Made by a program: the position numbers and the translations under genes
Part shown: positions 55,039 through 64,000 of the stretch, one piece after another
How positions within the stretch are numbered: position 1 is the first letter of the stretch
Layout: each line of letters opens with the position of its first letter
Source: Eledone cirrhosa
Taxonomy: Eukaryota
Direction: 5' to 3'
Length of the DNA: 64,000 nt
NCBI GenBank assembly: GCA_964016885.1
Contig: OZ024740.1
Coordinates: 298,220,001-298,284,000, forward strand
The notes under the pieces: model-generated
The model's database searches: none
What the model saw: the letters and a program-made list of their open reading frames with translations, nothing else
Told to the model about the DNA's origin: nothing

Positions 55039-55165
55039 GTAATTGTTTTATGCACAAACATCTATACAGTTCTTTCTTCCTTCATTCTCTGCTTCCTTCT
55101 CTTTCTTACTCCCTCTGTTTATATATTCATTTTCTCCCTCTCTCTCTCACTCTCTCTCATATATA

Positions 55166-56289
55166 GCATAAAAGATGTAGTGGGATCACAGGTAAGCTAA
55201 CTAAGAACATAGATTTTACATGTGGCTGGTGCTCTAAGTAGCAATAAGTAGCAGCAAGTGCCCACAAGATACTAGCTCTTTCAATTGCGCAGAGGGTTCT
55301 ATAGAAATAGTGGACAGCTTCCGTTACCTGGGTGACAAAATCAGCAGTGGGGGAGGGTGCTCTGAAAGTACAGTAGCTAGAGTCAGAACTGGATGGAAAA
55401 AGTTCAGAGAGCTTATACCACTATTAGCCACTAAAGGGTTCTCCCTAAAAATGAAAGGCAGGTTATACGATGCCTGCATACGAACAGCAATGTTGCATGG
55501 CAGTGAGACCTGGGCATTGTGTGCAGAGGATATACACAGACTGGAGAGAAACGAAGCTTGCATGCTCCACTGGATGTGTAATAGTAATATACGTGAATGG
55601 CAAAGCATAAGCGAACTAAGGAAAAAATTAAAAATAAGAGGGATCAGATGTTGTTTACTCGAGAGAAGGCTACGTTGGTATGGTCACGTGATGCGCATGA
55701 AAGACGACAGCTGTATAACAAAGTGCAGGGCAGTAAAGATAGACGGTAGCTACGGAGTAGGCAGACCCAGAAAAACCTGGGACGAGCTGATAAATTCCGA
55801 CCTCACACACTTACACCTCTCCAAGACAATGTCACTGGACCGAGACCTTTGGCGGTACTCAGTAATAGTGAAGACCCGCCTTACCTAAATACAAAGTAAA
55901 ACCTACTACAGTCAGTAGGCATCTCTAACAAAATACACCCCCGTCCCACCACCCCCACCCCATCCACACCGCCCCTTTCAATGTAAAGTTATGTTGGTGC
56001 CACAACATCCAGGCCGAAACAAATGAGATCGTGTAGGTGTCACGACAAAAAACACGCCAGACAGTCCACGCTGTAATGTGGCCGTGTAGGCAACACGGTA
56101 AAAACCTCCCAGCCCCACACTGTAAATGTGGTTGGTGTTAGGAAGGGCATCCAGCTGTAGAAAACCCGCCAGACAGTCCTATGCGAGCAAGACAATCACT
56201 CTTGCCTCAAGTGGGAAAACCCCCGTCCAAACCCATGCAAGCGTGGAACACGGACGTTAAACGTTGATGATGATGATGATGATAATGAT
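55166..56289 (+). mobile_element. 5'-truncated RTE LINE, same family as 3866-5399, in TMEM30A intron 3
   Basis: Near-identical to 4157-5399 but lacking the 3'UTR duplication; ORF 55310-55888 is the RTE C-terminus. Confidence 0.93.
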
Positions 56290-56886
56290 ATACACACACA
56301 GATACATAGGTATTTTTGTGTGCAGCATCGGCCTTGACCAGTTTTGCTCAATGATCGAAAGAGTTAAAATAATCAAAAGAATTTAAATAATCAATTAATC
56401 AGAGTCCCAACTGCAGTTTTGCCGAATTGCTTTGCAGCCATTCGGCAAAGCTGCAGTGGGGACTTTGAAGAAAAAGTAGGTATATTTTTGTCTATATATT
56501 TTTGTCCTTTCATTTTTAAGTTGATATATATATATATCTTTCTTTGCTACATATCCTTCCTCTATCTCACTTGTCATATTCCATAGACACTATAAATTCT
56601 CTACCTACCTGTCCACTATCTTTCTCTCCACCATCTCACTCTACTATCTACTGGTTTGTATATCTTTAACTCTCACCTTCTAATGATTTAGCAGAAAATA
56701 TCTAAAACTAACTTTGTTAATTCAAAATGTTTATAGTGTCTTTACTAGTGGACAAATCATTGTGAGAATGTGCAGTAAAGATTTTTCTTTTTAATGTTTA
56801 TGCAGTCATAGTGGTGTTTTCTACTTTGAAAGAATATCTTGCTAATGCAGTTTCAGGTGGTGTGTGATGTTAAGAATTAATATGTA

Positions 56887-57221
56887 TGGAGGCACATGGC
56901 TTAGTGGTTAGAGCATTGGCCTTGCAATCGAAAGGTTGTGAGTTCAATTCTCAGACCGGGTGATGTGTTGTTTCTTTGAGCAAGACACTTTATTTCACAT
57001 TGCTCCAGTTTACTCAGCTGTAGAAATGAGATGATAGGGACTGGGGTCTATATAATTCCACTGCAAAGTGGTCGTGGAGGTACCACGGCAAAAAAGCACC
57101 AAGCACTCACTGTAAATGAGGTTGGTGTTAGGAAGGGCATCCAGCTGTAGAAATCAAGCCGGAATCAGTTCCCGTCCCACCCTTGCAAGCAGGGAAAAGC
57201 GGACGTAAGATGATGATGATG
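56887..57221 (+). mobile_element. Young full-length tRNA-headed SINE with RTE-derived 3' tail
   Basis: A box tggcttagtgg, B box gagttcaattc; tail matches the RTE 3'UTR at 1133-1400; (TGA)n end. Confidence 0.88.
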
Positions 57222-57269
57222 TACCACTCCATTGTGTGTGTGTCTATTTGTGTTTCCTTAAACAATCTT

Positions 57270-57585
57270 CTTCATGCTCTTGTTCGATGAGACTGGGGTT
57301 GTCCTAGGTCAGTGTTCCTAGATGCATCATCATGCTTAGAGCCGACCAGGTCCACCAGAGCCCTCCATCACTGGCAATCCCTTGCCAGCCCCTCTGTATC
57401 CTCCAAAGTGACATTGAGCTTCTGGAGATCTTGCTCGATGACATCCAGTCATCTGATGCGGAGCCTGCCGTGAGGCCTCTTCAAGCCTGTAGTTGCTGCG
57501 TTGAACTTAAAGCCCTGGTAGGATGATCTGGCAGCAGGCAGAGGACATAACCATACCAGTGCATGCGGCGGATGGCTATGAGGCA
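57270..57585 (-). mobile_element. 3' fragment of another RTE-type LINE
   Basis: Reverse strand reads RRMHWYGYVLCL..KRPHGRLRIR*LDVIEQDL..WRALV. Confidence 0.6.
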
Positions 57586-58756
57586 GGAGTACCTTTGTAG
57601 AGAACATGGACTGCTGAATCAATTAGGTTACTAAATGGCCAAGTTGTTAATGCTTCATAGATCACCAGCTGAATGACCAGTGCTTCAATTAGGTTATTAA
57701 ATGACCAGCTGAGTGGTCATCTCGTCATCATTTAATGTCAATTTTTCCACGCTAGCATGGGTTAGACAAGTTGTCCCGTTGTGAGACAAGCCAGGTCAGA
57801 TGACCATGTTTTGCTCATACAGATCTGATTTTGGCTTGGTTTCTACAGCTGGATGCCTTTCCTAACACCAACCACATTTACAGTGTGGGCTGGGTGCAAT
57901 GGAAACTATGGTAGTGGAAGACTTAGGAAAGCTTGGGAGGAAGTGATAAAGCTGACCTTGCTCAATTAAACCTCACAAAGGGGATGACACAGCATCAAAA
58001 TCTCTGGTGTTATGCTGTACTGCAGAAGACCTGCATTCCCATGTGCACAAAATGAAATGAAACAAACATGTAGAGGACACAATAGTCTACACCATTCTTC
58101 TCTTCACCCCACCCCTATTGACTCTCCCCAATCTTAATACCCCGCTCTCATCTGCTAAATATCACATTGTATCTTGTTGATGTTGAACTTGTTTACTTGT
58201 CCCCCCCCCCCTCCAAACCCTCAACCCTGATACACCTTGTCATGCATACAAACATAAAAGCTAAACATGCTCTACATTTGATCTCCCACAATGCTGTTAC
58301 CACAACAAAAGCAAGTCCACCCTGAATGCTGATTCGGTGCCACAACAACAGAAGCACCCAGTCCACCTTGTTAAGGGGTCATTTTGGTGCCAGGATCAGT
58401 TAATTATGATTTTATTCAACATATTCCCCTCTCAGATTCAACTTTTTAGCACCCTCTCGTATATGGACCTGTCCAAACTTTGCTAGCAGTGAAAGTGGAT
58501 GTTAAAACAACAATGAGGATGATGATGATGATGACAGTCTAGTATCTTATTCTCTGAGGAGATTTATATCTTAACTATATAACGCTACAGAAATAAGACT
58601 AACACTGTTCACCCACTGTAGTATCTAACCAATTACGCTGTCTTAATAACTTCCAACAATATTTCCCTAAGAGTCAATAGATAATTCCAGTAATGTTAAC
58701 ATTTACACTCTACCTCTTCTACTCTCTTCTGTTCTTTCTTCCCTTTGTCTTAACAG

Positions 58757-58955
58757 GCTCCAGTATACATGTATTATGGACTGACCAACTTCTATCAGAA
58801 TCACCGACGCTATGTTCGTTCCCGTGATGACAGGCAACTAAAGGGAGACACGTTCCCCCCAAAGGATCTTGTACGAGAATGTGAACCATTTCGTCTGTAC
58901 AATGAAACAATTGGTTATGCACCATGTGGTGCTATAGCTAACAGTTTGTTCAATG
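58757..58955 (+). CDS. TMEM30A: CDC50A/TMEM30A exon 4
   Basis: ttaacag|GCT..AAT G|gtatat; [42 protein letters not shown]. Confidence 0.98.
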
Positions 58956-59895
58956 GTATATTGATTCAGTTAAACTCTTCATTGCTTTCTCTTTTATGTT
59001 TTGGTAAAGGTTAGACAGGTCTTGCTCATATGTGCCATATTTTGGCATGGGTTCTATGGTTGGATGCTTTCTTAATGCTAATCACTTTACAACAAACCAA
59101 GTGAGTTTATCATAGCACCATTACTACCACTTTACTGAGTGTACTTGGTGCACTTTATCATGGCACCAGCACTAGTGAGGTTGTCATATTTACAGCCAAA
59201 CTAAAGAGTTTTCTCCATCCTATACTGTCTTTGTTTAATTGCCAACCACTTTACATCGGCACCACCACTAGAAAGGTTCTCAAGTACTTGACATGTACAG
59301 AGGATCATCTCTACTTTATGTTGTCTTAGTCATTTAGAGACAGCTAAAAGGGACCTCTCATCATTGGTACATATAATACAAGGAATTATACCTTCTCTTT
59401 CTCTCACTAACTCTTAACATCCTGTAATAATTTAGCAGGAAATATCTAAAAAAAAAAAAGTTTGTTAATTCAAATGTTTATATTATCTTTACTAGTGGAC
59501 ATGCCTTGGTGAAAATATGCAATATTAAACTAAAAACTTTAAATTTTAATGTGATTCAGTCATTGTGCTCTTTTGTACTTTTCAAGAACATAGAATATCC
59601 TACTAAAGGGATTTTGAGGATATTAACCCTTTAACATTTAAACCGGCTGTATCCGGCCAGAATTCTCTCACCTCTTTCTGTTCAAACCTGTGGTAACTGG
59701 CCACTCATACTGGTGTTAAGGTATTGTTCTCAACATAAATAATATCAATCTCATAGATTTGATATTATGTGAGGTAAAGACTTTACCATGAAAATATAAT
59801 AGTAAATATAGAGTAATGTAAATGTTAAAGGGTTAAGAATTAAAAATGTTTTCCTTTTCCAAAATAATATTTTATATTTTGTAATCCATTAACAG

Positions 59896-60006
59896 ATTCG
59901 TTTACTTTGGAGTATGTGAACAGATCAACAACTGTACCGCTGATTAAAACTGGGATTGCCTGGGAATCTGATAAGAATGTGAAATTTTTTAATCCACCAG
60001 TATCAT
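59896..60006 (+). CDS. TMEM30A: CDC50A/TMEM30A exon 5
   Basis: ttaacag|AT..TCA T|gtaagg; DSFTLEYVNRSTTVPLIKTGIAWESDKNVKFFNPPVS. Confidence 0.95.
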
Positions 60007-60540
60007 GTAAGGACTCTTATCTTTTTTGGTGTGTTTCTTGTTTTATTTGTTGTTATATATTATTAATACCCCACCCACATCCTGATCACACCACCCTTCT
60101 CTCATACCTCCACACTCCTGCCCTAGTCCCCAGTTCACACTGTAAAGTAGTTCTTTTGGTGCCACAACAAAAAGCACCCAGTCCACAATATAAAGTGGTC
60201 ATGTAGATGTCACAACTAAAAGCACTCAGCCCACACTGTAATGGTCATATAGGTGTCAACAAAAAGCACCCAGGTACTGCTAGCTCTAGCTAATCACCTG
60301 AGCATGGGACCACTGTCCAAACTGCTCCTAGATGCTATGGCTTCATCGGGCAATGGATCAAAGATGGCAAATGACTGTGTGGAAAATTGTTATGTTTAAT
60401 CCTTTTGTTACCATATTTTTAATGAAAGACTTTGCCAATGATTTTAAAGTAATTTTGAAAATAATCAAAAATTTGAGGAGTTTTCATAACATGATTAAGC
60501 TAGTGCATAGAATTATAATAGGAAGTTTTTTTTCAGGCAG

Positions 60541-60864
60541 TCATCATCATCATCATCATCATCCTTTTACGTCCACTTTTCCCTGCTTGCAAGGGTGGGA
60601 CGGGAACTGATTCTGGCTTGATTTCTACAGCTGGATGCCCTTCCTAACACCAACCTCATTTACAGTGAGTGCTGGGTGCTTTTTTTGCAGTGGAATGATA
60701 GGGACCCCAGTCCCTATCATCTCATTTTTACAGCTGAGTAAACTGGAGCAATGTGAAATAAAGTGTCTTGCTCAAGGAAACAACACATCACCCGGTCTGA
60801 GAATTGAACTCACAACCTTTCGATTGCAAGCCCAATGCTCTAACCACTAAGCCATGTGCCTCCA
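60541..60864 (-). mobile_element. Second copy of the tRNA/RTE-tail SINE, inverted
   Basis: Reverse complement nearly identical to 56887-57221 apart from a roughly 22-bp indel and a few substitutions. Confidence 0.9.
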
Positions 60865-61238
60865 GTATGGTATCAAAAAAGTTAAATCTAGTATAATGTG
60901 AAAGTAATTCTTCTCCTCTTTCTTCTTCTTATCCTCCTCCTTCTTCTTTTTCTTCTTCTCCTCCTCCCACTTATTCTTGAGAGGGTCATGGAGGAAGCGT
61001 CATCAAATACTCCTTCCAGCGAATCCTGTCAGGAGCAACCATCTCCAACTGATCCGACTGGATCCTTAAGCGAGACTAGCCAAGCTCATGGATGATATCC
61101 AACTATCTTGCTCGGGGTCCACCCCTGCGTCTCCTGCCAGTTGGTTTTGCCCATAAAATCTTTTCAGCGATAACCACATGACCATAGTATCAATGAAGAT
61201 TGAAATTAAACTCTTTAAATCTAAATTTGTCTTTTCAG

Positions 61239-61466
61239 TCCGAGAGAACTCCCAGTATACGAAACCTCCCTATTGGCAGAAGTCTGTCTGGGCTCTTGAT
61301 CCAAACAGCACAGATGATGACAATGGCTACCACAATGAAGACCTGATAGTGTGGATGCGTACAGCAGCATTACCAACATTCCGCAAACTTCACCGACGTA
61401 TTAATCACACTGGTATATTTACAGATAATTTACCAGCTGGTAGATATTCAGTTACCATCAACTACA
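61239..61466 (+). CDS. TMEM30A: CDC50A/TMEM30A exon 6
   Basis: ttttcag|TC..TAC A|gtatccttt; TKPPYWQKSVWALD..NGYHNEDLIVWMRTAALPTFRKL..LPAGRYSVTINY. Confidence 0.98.
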
Positions 61467-61719
61467 GTATCCTTTATTGTTATTTTTAATTTTTAATATC
61501 CTGTATTAATTTAGCAGAAAATCTTTAAAAAAAACAACTGTTTTTTTTATTTCAAATGTTTGTAATATTTATACTAGTGGCCAGATCACTGTGAAACTTG
61601 GCATTATTAGAATAAAGACATCAATTTTTTTTTATTTTGTGATGTAGTTTAGTGCTGTTTTATATTTGTTAAGCTTTTTTTTCTAATGTGGTTTCATGTG
61701 GTAAAGGATGTTAAGAGTT

Positions 61720-61890
61720 ATGGAGACTTCTGGTGTCCTTGGCCCTAGGACCACCTCCTTACACACCACCATTGGCACAGAGTTGGCCACCTACAAGTGT
61801 GAGCCGTGTGAGCTGGAATGGCTCTTCCAGCATGCCCCCTCACCATCCTCCAGGGAAACGCCTTCTCTATTCTGTCCGCCAGGGCTGCCA
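61720..61890 (+). mobile_element. Fragment resembling the C-terminus of a CRE-type (RLE) non-LTR retrotransposon
   Basis: METSGVLGP..IGTELA..EP.E..WLFQ then, after a frameshift, LTILQGNAFSIL; resembles ETxGxxGP..LFQRLSxxxQRGNA. Confidence 0.5.
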
Positions 61891-62969
61891 ACAAGTGGAC
61901 CCCCATTTGCTTATAATAGTGAGAGAGCGGGAAAGAGATGGTGGTAGTGGGAGTTTGGTTCTATTGTGTTTGGACCTTGTGTATGTCTATATATTTATTT
62001 ACATCACATTAAGATTGAAAGTAAAAGTATCTTTTAATTTTGTGATTAATGTGACTTCTCCCTCTTTCAATTGTTTCATACAAATCAACAAGGAAGCATG
62101 TGTGTGGTAGAACAACCTATAGAAATAGCTGTCAAATCTCCTTCCAGTTATACATTGTCATTATAATATAGTTGTGGATATACTATGAAAAAAAAGACAG
62201 GATGATCACAGGTGGAAAGCTTTTCGATCATAGGTCTTCTAGACCAGGACTGACTTCCACATCCACACAGACCTTGTTTAAACACACACATATTACACAT
62301 TAGAAATAATAGCAAAATATCCTTAACCCTTTAGCATTTATATTACTCTATATATACTATTATATTTTCATGGTAAAGGCTTTACCTCAAATAATTATCT
62401 CACATAATGTCGAATCTATGAGATTTTGATATTGTTTATTTTTAGAACGATCCCTTAACGTCAGTATGAACAGCTGGTTTCATCCGGTTTGAACAGAAGT
62501 CTGGCTGGATACGGCCAGTTTGAATGCTAAATGGTTAATCCTTAAACAATGAAAGATAGTGTATCTCAGACTACAAAACACATGGCTTTCTTTTTTCAAA
62601 GTAGTGTGTTGTGATTTGAGCAAGATCTGGCTACTGTTACATGTAAGTGAAGGATGTGCATAGGAACTTTCTCTTAAATACTATGAAGTACTCCAGCATG
62701 ACCATACACCACTAGCTAGAACTGATAAGATAGTAAAATTTTCAAAACTAAAACTTTTTTCCCCATTAAAATAATGTTTCTAGTTAAAAATAACTGGGTG
62801 GGGGTGGGTTGGATTTTATAAGTTCTAGTTAAGTCTATTTTATTTAATTGTTTAATGAAGTAAATATTCTTTGTGGTAGAAAAACGTAGGTTGAAATGTT
62901 TGTTTTCCAGCACCCCTACTAAAATAATAGCATATGCCACTTGTTTTGATTTAACATTGTATATTTGCT

Positions 62970-63260
62970 AATCATCATCATCACCATTTTAAGTCCGTTC
63001 TTCCACGCTAGCATGAGTTAGACGGGTTGTCCTGTTGTGGGCAGTGTCTGGTCGGCTGACCTTGTCTTGCTCATACGGGTACTGATTCTGGCTAGATGCC
63101 CTTCCTAACACCAACCTCATTTACAGTGAGTGCTGGGTGCTTTTTTCTGTAGCGCCTACATGACCACTTTACAGTGTGGCCTGTGTGCTTTTATCACCTC
63201 ATCCCAGGTCTTCTTGGGTCTCCCCACTCCGCGGCTTCCATCGACTTCTAATCTCTTCAA
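62970..63260 (-). mobile_element. RTE 3' end fragment
   Basis: (CAT)n tail, 3'UTR motifs and LEVDGSRGVGRPKKTWDEVIKA. Confidence 0.75.
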
Positions 63261-63877
63261 TAATAACACACACACACATTGACTCAAACATACATATGAA
63301 ACTACATTAGCACATACACTAATACACACCAACTCACACATACCAAACAATATGGACATACTGACCATCTGACCCTGGCACACACAAACCTATATGAATG
63401 CACATACATGCGCACAAGATTGGTAAGCCTGAGCTGGGCAGTGGGGTGAGCTCCTGCTAACCTACAAAAGGGCTCAAATAGATTGTGTTTATCACCTCTG
63501 CTGGCCAAATTCTCTCCCATGTGTGAAAGCGAGAGCTCGACACTGTAACTGATGCAATATCCTAAAGTGCATATACTTGCAACTGGGGACTGCTTGTGAA
63601 AGCAATCTCCTGAAGAAGCTCCATTGAAATGAACTTACACTGTGAATTCCTTCAATGGAGCCAGCTCAACCCACGTCAGGTGAACGCCTCCCCAAGTGCA
63701 AGTAAGTGTATCACCAATCAGCTCAATCCTTATCCTGTCCTTCATAAGGTTCAGTTTCTTGAAGTCAGCTACACATATATATATCCACTGACATACAACA
63801 GCACACACACACACACAGAAAACTGAATTTGTTTTGTTCCTTGGTGTGTTGATTTTTCTTTAACCAGTGACCACCAG

Positions 63878-64000
63878 ATTATCCTGTGGCCAGTTTCAGT
63901 GGCACCAAACGTATTGTGTTGACCACAATGTCCTGGTTAGGAGGCAAGAATCCCTTCTTGGGTATTACCTACCTAGTCGTTGGTTGTATCTGTATTCTCC
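63878..64000 (+). CDS. TMEM30A: CDC50A/TMEM30A exon 7 (TM2; runs off the window)
   Basis: ccaccag|AT TAT CCT; (N)[40 protein letters not shown]; absent from the ORF track. Confidence 0.97.

Larger units (their letters stand above)
61467..63877 (+). other. U12-type (minor spliceosome) GT-AG intron
   Basis: 5'ss GTATCCTTT; branch site TTCTTTAAC at 63856-63864, branch A 14 nt from the AG; no polypyrimidine tract between branch site and AG. Confidence 0.88.

Noticed and set aside
56887-56960. tRNA genes at SINE heads (also 6268, 10403, 34833, 60790)
   Set aside because: They continue into shared SINE bodies and tails and lack a clean cloverleaf.
63400-63760. GC-richer block in intron 6 as a possible extra exon
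   Set aside because: No frame compatible with TMEM30A; more like a decayed LINE endonuclease fragment (..KVHILATGD..), too weak to call.

Overview
AT-rich, repeat-dense animal genomic DNA. The repeat repertoire (RTE LINE ends with (TGA)n tails, tRNA-derived SINEs, TA microsatellites) looks like a coleoid cephalopod such as Octopus; this is inference, not verified. Two spliced genes lie on the + strand. (1) The 3' half of an SLC26 (prestin/pendrin-like) anion transporter: last TM segments and STAS domain, exons at 7220-12408, then a tandemly duplicated phase-0 exon (12639-12734 / 12915-13007) and an uncertain terminal exon. (2) CDC50A/TMEM30A (P4-ATPase flippase beta subunit), 7 exons from ATG 50172 to the window end; intron 6 (61467-63877) is a U12-type minor-spliceosome intron. 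A 17.4 kb 32/25-bp satellite (about 14660-32050) and a 57-bp minisatellite (1414-2755) account for all the giant ORFs, which are not genes. The most notable items are the U12 intron, the duplicated SLC26 exon beside a perfect 61-bp hairpin, an RTE reverse transcriptase with an embedded PHD finger, an RTE-derived VNTR with a retroposon tail, inverted young SINEs around TMEM30A exons 4-5, and a folded-back tRNA-like palindrome. Everything was read by eye. Exon boundaries were counted base by base; repeat boundaries are approximate.
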